A DNA stretch of 51,304 nt. It comes from an uncultured Candidatus Saccharibacteria bacterium. GTDB lineage: Bacteria; Patescibacteriota; UBA1384; DTJR01. Each line of letters begins with the position of its first letter. Within the stretch, counting starts at the first letter, position 1. Location: positions 1 to 51,304 of the forward strand of contig CAZAOT010000002.1 in assembly GCA_964487045.1 (NCBI GenBank), written 5' to 3'. Below, piece after piece: positions 1 through 9,087 of the stretch. The notes below the pieces were generated by a model. It was not told the DNA's origin. It saw only the letters and a list, made by a program, of their open reading frames with translations, and ran no database searches. A program made the position numbers and the translations under genes.

Positions 1-135
1 TTCTTTTTCTGGTTTCAGTACGCGAGACACAACAAACCTTCTGTCTTTCTCCCAGGGAAATGCTATGTGGAACCGCTGGCTGGATGACAGTATGTACAAA
101 ATGTAAGATTCTCGTAGATTATTTTGAAGATGTCG

Positions 136-759
136 TTAGTTAGGATCCCCTTGTAGAAATGTTCTCGGGTTTACGGGGATTCCGAAGATGTTGGTTTGGA
201 AATGCAGGTGCGGTCCGGTTGACCAGCCGGTGTTACCTCTGGTGCCTATGACTGTGCCTGCGGGGATTGTATCGCCGACATGGATGTTTGGATCAATAGT
301 ATCTAAGTGAGCATAGATTGATGTAATAAAATGTCCGTTGTCGATCTCGACATGACGACCAAAACCCCACGAGGTGTAATCGGTATAGATGACCTTTCCA
401 TCCATGAATGCGATGGCAGGATCGCCGATAGGTCCTGCAATATCAATGCCGGTATGATATGGCTGGTATGGTGATCTTTCTCCATATTCCAAGCTTACTC
501 TGCCTTGTATTGGCCACGCTACGGATTGGTTGATATGATCTACCACTTCTCCGGTTAGCGGGTCTCTGATGTCGACCACGAGGTTCTGGGGATTATATTG
601 AGCCAGAGCATTGGAAACGATGTTGATTCCGGCTTGAGTTAGGATAAGCACTGAAAAGACCGGGACCATAATAATCGCCAGGATAGTGAAAAAGAGATAC
701 TTGATCTCTTTCTTCATCGAAAAGGCAGCTGCAATTATTTTTATAGTTTGCGGGCTCAT
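136..759 (-). CDS. Membrane-anchored M23/LytM peptidoglycan hydrolase (T4SS cell-wall hydrolase, PrgK/VirB1 functional analogue)
   Basis: N-terminal TM helix; M23 zinc motifs HTGIDIA (HxxxD) and GPHLHF (HxH); 4-nt overlap with the VirB4-like ORF upstream. Confidence 0.85.
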   Translation of the reverse strand: MSPQTIKIIAAAFSMKKEIKYLFFTILAIIMVPVFSVLILTQAGINIVSNALAQYNPQNLVVDIRDPLTGEVVDHINQSVAWPIQGRVSLEYGERSPYQPYHTGIDIAGPIGDPAIAFMDGKVIYTDYTSWGFGRHVEIDNGHFITSIYAHLDTIDPNIHVGDTIPAGTVIGTRGNTGWSTGPHLHFQTNIFGIPVNPRTFLQGDPN

Positions 760-2531
760 TTTCTTTTAGTTCTCTCGGACGGATCGGTTGTAATTAGCGG
801 ATGCTCGGCTTCACTCGCGGTTATCTTAACGGCTACATGGTGCTGATCGGCAATTATTAACGCCTCGCCTCGCTCGCAAGTAAGAAGGAATCGTTGTTCG
901 TATTCGCTTAAACGGAATTCCTGTGCAACATTTCTGATAGTAGTCGTATCTTGTCTCATTAGAATTCGCAGAGCGCTTTGGGAAGCTATGGCTCTGCCGT
1001 GATTTGTTGAGAGAAAGTCATTGGCTTGCTGAGAAATAATGCTGACCCCGAGGTAATATTTTCTGGCTCTGCGGACCATGCCAGCAATAAATCTAGCTGA
1101 TTCTTCATGCTCAAGCATTAACCATGCCTCATCTATAACAAAGATTCTTTTGCAAATATCGCCTTGGACTTGGTTTTGGACGAACTGAGCGATGATTAGA
1201 TGCATTATCTGCCGGATAGATTCCGGCAAATCTTTGGTATCGAAAACTACCAGGCGGTTATCAAGTTCAATGTTGGTGTGCTCATCAAAAACCTCTGAAA
1301 GCGAGCCGGTGGTGTATTTCTGCAATCGTTTTACCAGTCTTGGTTGTTTGAGCGATCTCAAGGTTGCATAGAAGTCAAACATTCGAGGATAGTCTTTGTT
1401 TCTCTTTACTTTATTGGCGGCTTTCTTTCCGAAGCCGAACTTTTTGTAGGTTTTAAGAATGGCTTGATCGACAACCGATTTCTCTTCGGGTGAGAGTCCG
1501 TCAGCCATTAATGAAATGATCTCTGTCAGCGATTGCACATGATCAGCGAAGCTATCAGGATCGTTGACCGATAAATCAAACGGGTTGATTTTTTCCTTTG
1601 AATGAACGGACAGTTTTATTCTTGTTCCGCCAACCGAAGCGGCCAATTGCTGATATTCTCTCTCCGGATCAATAACTATAACTTTAGTTCCTTGCATCAG
1701 GTGACGAAGCACCTCGACTTTGGCGGTGTAGCTTTTACCCGCGCCTGATTGAGCAAAAAGTATCGAATTGGCATTTGGCAGGGAGAATCTATCTAGTATC
1801 ACGAGCGAGCTATTAGAGCGGTTGATGCCGTAAAGCACGCCAGACTCATGCACCAGTTCGGACGAGATAAACGGAAAGGTTAGGGCAGCGCTTGAGCTGT
1901 CGAGATTTCTTTTTTGCGCTAGCTGATTGTCGCATCTTGGCAAAGCCGACTGGAAGCCCTCGATCTGCTGATAGAGGGCGGATTTTGTGTAAAATAGTCT
2001 GGTAGCCAACACTGTTTCTAAAAGCTTTACTGTTCGGTTAAGTTCGGCCAATGTCTCGCAGGATAAAGTAATGTATAGAGAAACCTGGAAAAGGTTCTCC
2101 TGTCCGCGCTGAATTTTATCTCGAAGTTCAATGGCTGAATCAAGCGGGTCTGTTAGTTCTGCGCCGATTATCTTGCCGGCTCTCTCCATGGCACGTTTGG
2201 TTGATGTTAGCTCGGTAATTTTCCGGTTTAGTTTCGGCAAGGCCAGCATGGCGTCTATCGGTTCTATGTGATATGAGATGTCGGCGTTATGATTGAAATT
2301 GATCAGATGGTTAAGCCAGCCAGATGAAGCGGTATAGGGAAAACCGGAAACGAATAAGGTTTTCACATAGCGGCCGTCAACAATTAAATAGTCCGGATAT
2401 TCTTCAAGTCCCGAATAGGTAATAAAATCAAGCTGATCTTGAGAGCCGACATGAAAAGAAAGGGCCCGTTTTTGCTCCTCGACCTTAACTGCCTTTTGTC
2501 TTCGTCTTCTTTTAAATATAGTCCTGCTCAT
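756..2531 (-). CDS. VirB4/PrgJ-family T4SS ATPase, C-terminal (ATPase) part
   Basis: Walker A QSGAGKSYT and Walker B RIFVIDEAW; length and position after a PrgI-like gene fit VirB4; the N-terminal domain is in the preceding ORF. Confidence 0.85.
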   Translation of the reverse strand: MSRTIFKRRRRQKAVKVEEQKRALSFHVGSQDQLDFITYSGLEEYPDYLIVDGRYVKTLFVSGFPYTASSGWLNHLINFNHNADISYHIEPIDAMLALPKLNRKITELTSTKRAMERAGKIIGAELTDPLDSAIELRDKIQRGQENLFQVSLYITLSCETLAELNRTVKLLETVLATRLFYTKSALYQQIEGFQSALPRCDNQLAQKRNLDSSSAALTFPFISSELVHESGVLYGINRSNSSLVILDRFSLPNANSILFAQSGAGKSYTAKVEVLRHLMQGTKVIVIDPEREYQQLAASVGGTRIKLSVHSKEKINPFDLSVNDPDSFADHVQSLTEIISLMADGLSPEEKSVVDQAILKTYKKFGFGKKAANKVKRNKDYPRMFDFYATLRSLKQPRLVKRLQKYTTGSLSEVFDEHTNIELDNRLVVFDTKDLPESIRQIMHLIIAQFVQNQVQGDICKRIFVIDEAWLMLEHEESARFIAGMVRRARKYYLGVSIISQQANDFLSTNHGRAIASQSALRILMRQDTTTIRNVAQEFRLSEYEQRFLLTCERGEALIIADQHHVAVKITASEAEHPLITTDPSERTKRK

Positions 2532-3132
2532 TTGTCTGCCTTATTATTTGTTTCATTAACGGTTGCGTTTTTGCCTGATCTGGACGATAGAAGCTATAAA
2601 ATAGATCCAGCACTTCCAAAGTGTTCAGAGGCTTGGCGTTCATACCGAACTTTTCCAGACCTTTGATGATAATTTCCTGTTCCAAATTCAGCTGCTCTTT
2701 TACCACTTCAAATTCAACCGGAGCCTTTGAGTCGTAAGGAATTACCAAATAGAAACGGCGCGACAGTATCTTGTTGCCGGCGACTAATTTCTTGATAAAC
2801 TCGCAGTACGACTTGCTTTGGTTTACATAAATCTTTTCTTTTTCACCGGCGCATTTTTGCTCGAAGTCCTCCAGGTAACGGTCGATATCCAGCTCTCTGA
2901 CGCGGATTAATATTTGAATTGGAGAGTTCAGGGAGTTAAGAAAGGTTTGAAAAGTATCGACGATTACATCTTGTTCCTCTTCGCTTTGCAGTTCGAAATT
3001 AACCGATGAAGTTGAAAGTATGGCGCGATAACGATTAAACGGCAGAACCAGTATTCCGTCTCTGACTTCCTTGATTCCCACTTGGCTTCGAGCTGAGCCG
3101 AACTTTTCACGCTTCTTGGTATTCAACATCAA
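2512..3132 (-). CDS. VirB4 N-terminal domain encoded as a separate ORF (split VirB4)
   Basis: The N-terminal pattern IKEVRDGILVL...RAILSTSSVNFELQSEEEQDVIVDTFQTFLNSL..PIQIL is typical of Gram-positive VirB4/TcpF N-termini. 206 + 591 aa together give about 790 aa, a normal VirB4 length. It overlaps the next ORF by 20 nt. Confidence 0.5.
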   Translation of the reverse strand: MMLNTKKREKFGSARSQVGIKEVRDGILVLPFNRYRAILSTSSVNFELQSEEEQDVIVDTFQTFLNSLNSPIQILIRVRELDIDRYLEDFEQKCAGEKEKIYVNQSKSYCEFIKKLVAGNKILSRRFYLVIPYDSKAPVEFEVVKEQLNLEQEIIIKGLEKFGMNAKPLNTLEVLDLFYSFYRPDQAKTQPLMKQIIRQTNEQDYI

Positions 3133-3595
3133 ATCCTCCTTTCTTTGACGGTCGGATCGAAACTATCGAACCGGAGCTTTCAATTATTGGTCTATCAACT
3201 GATTTATTTCTCTTGTTCTTCTTTTTAGCGATTTGAGCAATCGGTGCCATTTCTTCCCGGGCAATCTTTGTCTCTACTAACTGATCTCTGCTCAAGATGT
3301 CATTTTTGGTGAAAATATAGATTCTGGGTCGAGCCTTGTATCGTAGATAAATTACCAGCCAGTCTGCCAGAATTCGTCCTTTGTAGCGAAGAGCAAGCAA
3401 GCCGAAGACTGCAAACTCGGCAATCATCAAGACGATTTTCAAAGAGCTCAGGTGAAGCTTCGGTGGAATCAGCCCGTAGAAGGCAGTGCCGATAATCAAA
3501 GAAAATACCAAAAGGATTATTTGTATGAAATTTAATGAGCCGGCAATTTTATCTTCGACTGTGGTTATTTGTGCCGGTACGACTACTGATTTCAT
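3107..3595 (-). CDS. PrgI/VirB3-like small T4SS membrane protein
   Basis: N-terminal VPAQITTVEDKIAGSLNFIQIILLV followed by two TM helices, lying between the VirB6-like and VirB4 genes as in pCF10 prgH-prgI-prgJ. Confidence 0.5.
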   Translation of the reverse strand: MKSVVVPAQITTVEDKIAGSLNFIQIILLVFSLIIGTAFYGLIPPKLHLSSLKIVLMIAEFAVFGLLALRYKGRILADWLVIYLRYKARPRIYIFTKNDILSRDQLVETKIAREEMAPIAQIAKKKNKRNKSVDRPIIESSGSIVSIRPSKKGGFDVEYQEA

Positions 3596-4857
3596 TTGGC
3601 CCTCGCTAGTTTAGTTGCTGCTCCGGCAGTTTTACCTGAATTCGAGCTAATGACATTAATTATCTGAGTTGAGAATTTCTTTAAGGTGTTGCCGGCTTGC
3701 GAAGACATGGCGAGCTGAACGGTCACTGAAGTGCTTTTGAGTAGAACGGAGAATAAGGCGACGCCGACCAGTATTCCGATGATCGGGTTCTCGCCGATTT
3801 GACCGGGTACGGTTAGGAAAGCAGAAGCCAGTTGAATAATTACCACATGCAGAAAAACGGTAAAGATTGTAACTACATATATCTTCACAGCATTACCGAC
3901 AAAGTCAGACATTTTAGTGGATAGCGATAGCAGACAGACGAGCGGAGAGATAACTGCGCCAAAAGCCAGTATCATTAAACGGCTGATGTAGAATATCAAC
4001 AAGACCACAGCCAGCAATATAAAAAGAATCGCAAATATCAAAGTTATTAAAGCGGTTGTACCGGAGAGCAGTGCTGCCGGATCAAAAGCATTTATTATCC
4101 AGGCGCTTGAGAGCCCGCCGGTTGCATGAAGAACTGTATTGACCATTACTTGGCATAGCTCTATTATCCAATCGATCCAGAAGATAGAAGTATTCGCCAG
4201 TAGAAAGGCCAAGCCAATTCTCGGCAAGAGCTCTTTTAGCGGGAGGTCATCAAATCCGAATGATGATGCGCTCATTACTCTAAATCCCAACAGTGCAATC
4301 GCAATAGCGAAAAGCGAATCAGTGATTCCAACGATAATCAGCCAGAAGTTAAAAATGACTGAGTTAGTTGAAAGCGAAGGAGTGGAAGTCAAAAACCAAA
4401 GAATGCCGTTTAGTATCGGCTTAGTCACCGAGCCGACAATGTTTTGCAAAAATCCTGAAACCGCATCCAATAGAATTTGAGTCAGAGTTCCAGCTTGCTG
4501 AGTAGGCTCAATCGGAGCCAGTTGCAATGCGGTAGCAGATCCGCCGCTTGAGCTTTGCATTAAAGATTCGCTTAAGAGATTCGACATAAAGGCGGCAGCG
4601 ATTACTATTACCAATCCGATCAGAGCATTTCTTATCGTTCTTTTGGCGTCTTCAAGCGCGGCAGGATTGCCGGTTGAGGTGATGTACAGATAACCGCCTC
4701 GAACCAGAAAGAAAACGACAGCAGTCCCAGCTAATGCCAGAATTGCCGTCATCGCGTCAGAGGCAAAATGATCGACCTCGGCGTTGGAGGCAGCAAAAGC
4801 AACTCCAGGAATTAGGAGCGGAGTTATGATCCCGATTCTAATTATTAGTTTTTTCAT
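3592..4857 (-). CDS. VirB6/TrbL-like polytopic T4SS membrane protein with an N-terminal pilin-like module
   Basis: Signal peptide plus GGYLYITSTGNPAALEDAKRTI, a paralog of the upstream pilin motif, followed by at least 6 predicted TM helices. Confidence 0.55.
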   Translation of the reverse strand: MKKLIIRIGIITPLLIPGVAFAASNAEVDHFASDAMTAILALAGTAVVFFLVRGGYLYITSTGNPAALEDAKRTIRNALIGLVIVIAAAFMSNLLSESLMQSSSGGSATALQLAPIEPTQQAGTLTQILLDAVSGFLQNIVGSVTKPILNGILWFLTSTPSLSTNSVIFNFWLIIVGITDSLFAIAIALLGFRVMSASSFGFDDLPLKELLPRIGLAFLLANTSIFWIDWIIELCQVMVNTVLHATGGLSSAWIINAFDPAALLSGTTALITLIFAILFILLAVVLLIFYISRLMILAFGAVISPLVCLLSLSTKMSDFVGNAVKIYVVTIFTVFLHVVIIQLASAFLTVPGQIGENPIIGILVGVALFSVLLKSTSVTVQLAMSSQAGNTLKKFSTQIINVISSNSGKTAGAATKLARAK

Positions 4858-4866
4858 AGATCAAAT

Positions 4867-5187
4867 CTATTTAAAAGACTGATTGGCTAAATCCGAGACT
4901 ATACCGCTTAACACCAATGCTCCGATACAAATGGCCAAGCCGATAGATGAATAAACGAGAATCTTTTTTGACCGATCAAGATTTTCCGGATTTCCGGAAG
5001 AAGTAATGTATCCGATACCGCCCATAACAAAAAAACCGGCTGCGAGCAGACCGGCGATGGTGACGAGAACCTGGATGACGTTAGTTGCGAAGTTTTGGAC
5101 TTTAGAGAGGTCGGGGGCGGCAAAGGCCGTTGAAGCCGACAACAAAACAATTAGTACGGAGACCCAAAGAGAACGGAGACGTTGCAT
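4867..5187 (-). CDS. T4SS pilin-like protein (VirB2/TrbC analogue, GNP-motif family)
   Basis: 106 aa with signal peptide, TM helix, GGIGYITSSGNPENLDRSKKIL and a second TM helix. First gene of the operon, with SD GGGAGGGGAG upstream. Confidence 0.55.
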   Translation of the reverse strand: MQRLRSLWVSVLIVLLSASTAFAAPDLSKVQNFATNVIQVLVTIAGLLAAGFFVMGGIGYITSSGNPENLDRSKKILVYSSIGLAICIGALVLSGIVSDLANQSFK

Positions 5188-5561
5188 AGTTACAACTTTC
5201 TCCCCTCCCTACTGAGGATGCTTTCGGCATCACTCAATTAATTTTTATATTAATTTGATCTCTGCCTTACGATTCAGTTTTATCACTCCTAGTTAGCGCT
5301 TGTCAAGCATTGCTGAGTTTCAAGCTCAATCAGGCTCACTTTCCACGACTCATTGTATGACAAGCTCATACTTCGCTAGACATTTATTCGTCTTGAAAGC
5401 TAGCCTGAAAACGGGGCCAATACCAATATTGTCGTGCAAATTTCATAAGCTTCGCACACTCTTTCAGAGAAAGCTTACTTATTCATTCGCCCATCATTGC
5501 TCGCTTAGCAACTTTTACTTCAATTTCATTTGCGCAAAAGATACTTGCTCGCCAAGAGAAA

Positions 5562-5957
5562 TCATCTGGAATGTTTGGCTGCGATTGATATAGCTTCTGT
5601 GATCATCTCTTGGGGGATGGCCTCATAGCTTTTGCCATCCCTGATAATAGTTCTGCAGTTACTTCCTGTCCCTGCGAGACAAGAACATGAGTGACAATAG
5701 TTTTCCGATGCTGTCGCCTCTAAAATATCCTCGATTTTTTGCCCGTTAATTAGCACTGTGTTTGAATCGGGCATTTTGTCGGCTTCGAGCTTCGTCTCTT
5801 TGTAGATAATCTCAATGTTCTTGAAATCTTTGTCTTTCAATATTGTTTCAATGGCTGCTTTGACATTATCGCCGGTATTGTTGCATCTGGTGCAGGTCTC
5901 ACCTTCTTTGTCGTAGTGCATCCACTCAATATGTAACTTTTTCAATTTCTCCTCCAA
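5562..5957 (-). CDS. DUF2703-like small Cys-rich protein
   Basis: CTRC near the N-terminus and CHSCSC...C later. Recalled to co-occur with ArsR/permease/thioredoxin-like genes; this comes from memory only. Confidence 0.45.
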   Translation of the reverse strand: MEEKLKKLHIEWMHYDKEGETCTRCNNTGDNVKAAIETILKDKDFKNIEIIYKETKLEADKMPDSNTVLINGQKIEDILEATASENYCHSCSCLAGTGSNCRTIIRDGKSYEAIPQEMITEAISIAAKHSR

Positions 5958-5958
5958 T

Positions 5959-6939
5959 TTATATAACCAGATTAAGTATATATCCCATTATCATAATTCC
6001 AATAATAGTAACTCCAAAAAACATTGCCAAGAGTTGCCATTTCATTGCCTTCTTTAGAATTAAGGCCTCTGGTATGGAAATCGTAACCACGGATGTCATA
6101 AAGGTTAATGCTGTTCCTACAGGAACACCTTTCCCGACCAAAGCTTGCATAATAGGGATAACACTTACTGAGTTTGCATACCACGGCACGCCAAGCAGAG
6201 TGGCAGCAGGGATGGCCCACCAAGTTCTCATGCCCAAGTAGCGCTGGATAAAACTCTGAGGAATGTAGCCGTGAATGAAAGCTCCGATGGCCACTCCGAG
6301 TAACACATAAGGGAATATTTTTTTGGTAATATCCATTCCGTCTTTCCACCAAATCTTTAAGCGTTGTGAAAGCGGTGGCTCTTGCCCTCCATTATCAAAG
6401 GCAACTTGAGCGCGGTCTTTAAACTTCATAAGGTCTGAATTAACATATTTGTCCATCTTGAGTCTCTGTATCAGCATTCCTCCTAAGATACTTATGACGA
6501 TCCCCAGAACATTATAGATTATGGTGATCTTAAGGCCGAAAAGCGATGGAAATAGGAATAGTGAGGCTTCATTTACGAGCGGAGAGCAAATTAGAAAAGC
6601 AAAGGTAATACCCAGTGGAATTCCTGCTCCAAGGAAACCGATAAATAACGGGATAGATGAACAGGAGCAGAATGGGGTAACAACCCCGAGAAGCGCCGCA
6701 AAAAGATAGTCCAAGCCGAACCAACGTCTTTTAGTTAGTAAATCGCGTACCTTTTCCATCGGGAAGTAGTAGCGAGTTATGGCCATAAGGTAGTTAATGA
6801 AGACAATCAAAAGTCCGATCTTGATTGTGTCGTATATCAAAAAGTCTACAGCATTTCCAAGGTAGGTGCCCTGAGCAATGTGCAGCCAATTGTATGTGGC
6901 AACGTCAGCCAAAAGCTGAATTGGTTTAAATATATCCAT
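5959..6939 (-). CDS. Permease of the UPF0718/ArsP-like family
   Basis: About 8-10 TM helices and the TPFCSCSSIP vicinal-Cys motif characteristic of this permease family. Confidence 0.7.
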   Translation of the reverse strand: MDIFKPIQLLADVATYNWLHIAQGTYLGNAVDFLIYDTIKIGLLIVFINYLMAITRYYFPMEKVRDLLTKRRWFGLDYLFAALLGVVTPFCSCSSIPLFIGFLGAGIPLGITFAFLICSPLVNEASLFLFPSLFGLKITIIYNVLGIVISILGGMLIQRLKMDKYVNSDLMKFKDRAQVAFDNGGQEPPLSQRLKIWWKDGMDITKKIFPYVLLGVAIGAFIHGYIPQSFIQRYLGMRTWWAIPAATLLGVPWYANSVSVIPIMQALVGKGVPVGTALTFMTSVVTISIPEALILKKAMKWQLLAMFFGVTIIGIMIMGYILNLVI

Positions 6940-6953
6940 TTGGGTTCCCCTCG

Positions 6954-7259
6954 CTACTTATTATCGCAGGCACAACTGATTGCTCCCTTAACAGCATCTC
7001 CAACCTTACTGGCGACAGACTTCTTCTTGCCGCTTAGAAATTCTTTTATATCGTTAGCGCTTAGAGCCTTACCGGAAGATACCACAACGCCGTCTATCAC
7101 TAGAGCAGGGACAGACATGATTCCCATTTCAATGATTTTTGTCATATCTGTGGTATATTCAACCTCTATTTGTAAATCAAGCTCTTTAATGGCTTGTAAG
7201 GTTTGCTCATGCAGTTGTTTGCATGATCCGCAACCGGGACCCAATACTTGGACTTTCAT
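6954..7259 (-). CDS. Thioredoxin-fold protein (redox-active disulfide protein 2 type)
   Basis: MKVQVLGPGCGSCKQL has CxxC at the N-terminus of a roughly 100-aa protein; 4-nt overlap with the ArsR gene. Confidence 0.75.
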   Translation of the reverse strand: MKVQVLGPGCGSCKQLHEQTLQAIKELDLQIEVEYTTDMTKIIEMGIMSVPALVIDGVVVSSGKALSANDIKEFLSGKKKSVASKVGDAVKGAISCACDNK

Positions 7260-7573
7260 ATATCTCCTTTCATCTTAATTATTTGCTCTAATAAACCACC
7301 ATACTTTGTCATCTCTCCCTGGTCGATTGAATAAAATACGTTTAATCCTTGTTTTCTGTGATTTAAGACACCAAAATCGCGAAGTATTTTTAAGTGGTGC
7401 GAGACCAAGTTCTGAGGCAAACCTAAAAATTCCTGTATCTCACAAACGCACTGCTCATTGCTTTTTTGAAGAAAGCAAATAATTCTCAGGCGGTTTTCTT
7501 CTGATATGACTCGGAGAAAGTCAGCAAGCAGAGGCAAGTTCACATCATTTTTGTTGCAACAATATTTTTCCAT
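7256..7573 (-). CDS. ArsR/SmtB-family metalloregulator
   Basis: Winged-HTH length with CVCEI metal-site motif and LSHHLKILRDFGVL recognition helix; first gene of the 4-gene operon. Confidence 0.8.
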   Translation of the reverse strand: MEKYCCNKNDVNLPLLADFLRVISEENRLRIICFLQKSNEQCVCEIQEFLGLPQNLVSHHLKILRDFGVLNHRKQGLNVFYSIDQGEMTKYGGLLEQIIKMKGDI

Positions 7574-7583
7574 AAACCAACTA

Positions 7584-7601
7584 TATCAATGCTTATTGAT
7601 A
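7584..7601. promoter_or_regulatory. Candidate ArsR operator (7-4-7 perfect palindrome)
   Basis: tatcaat-gctt-attgata lies about 10 nt upstream of the arsR-family start codon. Confidence 0.4.
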
Positions 7602-7802
7602 CATGTCAACTGACGAGTACCTTATATTGAAAAGTTCCTCCCGCCAATCTTCCCATCTTATAGAACAAACGGCCTGTCCGCCTCAAGGTCGTTCATATCG
7701 TAGTGTGCTCCACCTTGACCCGTCCATGCCATTTGTTCTTAGTCCTCCATTAGACAGGCGGGAGGTCGATCCGCTTGTTTAATTACTAATTAGGAGGTAT
7801 TT

Positions 7803-8126
7803 ATGAGTACTCGACAAATCGATAACAGGACCCAACAAGCAATATTAAACGATCAGTTTAGGAAGTTAGGCTTCGGGGCTACGATAACTAACGGTGCCGC
7901 AACGCTACCAGACATAATAGGTTTGATGAGCGCCATAAGAGCATACGATGAGTTTACTGAGGACAATGATCCGTACGGAGAGCATGACTTTGGTAGCTTA
8001 GTGTGGCACGGTGAAAAGGTTTTCTGGAAGATTGATTATTATGACCGGCAATTGAAATGTTATGAGCATCCGCTGACCGGCACCTGCAAACGGGTGATGA
8101 CAGTGATGCTTGCAGAGGAGTATTGA
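7803..8126 (+). CDS. DUF3768-like protein (plasmid/ICE-associated)
   Basis: DNDPYGEHDFG motif and about 107 aa length; SD aggagg lies 6 nt upstream. Confidence 0.5.
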   Translation: MSTRQIDNRTQQAILNDQFRKLGFGATITNGAATLPDIIGLMSAIRAYDEFTEDNDPYGEHDFGSLVWHGEKVFWKIDYYDRQLKCYEHPLTGTCKRVMTVMLAEEY

Positions 8127-8132
8127 ACAAAA

Positions 8133-8170
8133 GAGCCCCTGAGGTTTCGACCACTTCGGGGGCTTTTTTT
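8133..8170 (+). terminator. Intrinsic terminator after the DUF3768 gene
   Basis: agcccc...ggggct stem followed by ttttttt. Confidence 0.7.
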
Positions 8171-8175
8171 ATTGG

Positions 8176-8952
8176 CTATTCCCAAATCTCAGCACTGATT
8201 CCATGTTTTCGAATCTCATCATTGATCGCAAACCATGCTTCGAATTCTCCTGGGTTTTGATAATCATCAAGCAGTTTCTTCATCGTTCTTTTTGCAAAAA
8301 TCATTAGAGTCAAAGTCTGGCAAGCGAAAAGAATTGTTGGAAATGGTCGGCCTATATTTTCTTCCCATTCATTAGTAAAGAAAAATTCGATATAGTTCTT
8401 CATTCTCTTTTTAATCATGTATTTGGGCGAAACGGAATCCAATTGGACAAGAATATACTGCTTGGATTCCTTTTTGGATTCTTTAGTAAATATCAGCTGC
8501 GGGCTCAAATCTTCCATAAAAGAATATAGAGGATTTGAGGTGACACCCGCGGCTGTTTCATATGAGTATTTGATTTTCCCTTGATCGTTTATATCTAACA
8601 GATTAAGACAGATATTAGCCAGAAATATCTCCTCATCAATAAAGCTCTGCGATCTCTCATTGTCGCGGTAGAGCTTTTTGAGATAGTTGGTATTGTCATG
8701 GTTTAAAGACTTATAGTATCGAATAGCATTTATACCGGCATAGTAGATTGCCGGTTTAGTATTAGCTCCGATAGTATTTGAATATATTCTGTTTAGGTAT
8801 TGTTTCTCGTTTAGGTCTTTGAGCCAGGTGTTAATTGTTTTAGGATCTTTGTGTTTTAGGAGTTGTTGAATTTGGGCTCTGTTTAGGAATCGGAATTGAT
8901 AGACAAGAGTTAGTATCTCTGTTTGTTTGTTAGTTATTTTTGGTAATGTCAT
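8176..8952 (-). CDS. Replication-relaxation family protein (candidate relaxase/MobT-like)
   Basis: The N-terminal wHTH pattern ITNKQTEILTLVYQFRFLNRAQIQQLL is typical of Replic_Relax proteins; it lies next to the T4CP gene. Confidence 0.5.
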   Translation of the reverse strand: MTLPKITNKQTEILTLVYQFRFLNRAQIQQLLKHKDPKTINTWLKDLNEKQYLNRIYSNTIGANTKPAIYYAGINAIRYYKSLNHDNTNYLKKLYRDNERSQSFIDEEIFLANICLNLLDINDQGKIKYSYETAAGVTSNPLYSFMEDLSPQLIFTKESKKESKQYILVQLDSVSPKYMIKKRMKNYIEFFFTNEWEENIGRPFPTILFACQTLTLMIFAKRTMKKLLDDYQNPGEFEAWFAINDEIRKHGISAEIWE

Positions 8953-9087
8953 TTTAATTAAAGTTTGAGTTAGTTTACATAGTTAGCCAACCCCACCTAC
9001 TCCATACTTATGTATGGGTTAGCGCGACAAATATTTTGTACCTAGCCTCATTATTCGGCTATTCTTGCCCTAGCCCTCTAGGGCAAA

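Noticed and set aside
1-99. Possible 5' part of a minus-strand gene downstream of the M23 hydrolase (TTG at 99, open to the window edge)
   Set aside because: Only 33 codons are visible, with no SD or recognisable motif. This is too little to call.
5188-5561. 97-aa ORF 5300-5593 and a possible feature in the 370-nt spacer upstream of the pilin gene
   Set aside because: The ORF has no SD, has odd composition, and runs into the end of the converging DUF2703 gene. Only a small hairpin (gatgc-tttcg-gcatc) near the pilin SD was seen, and I can support nothing further.
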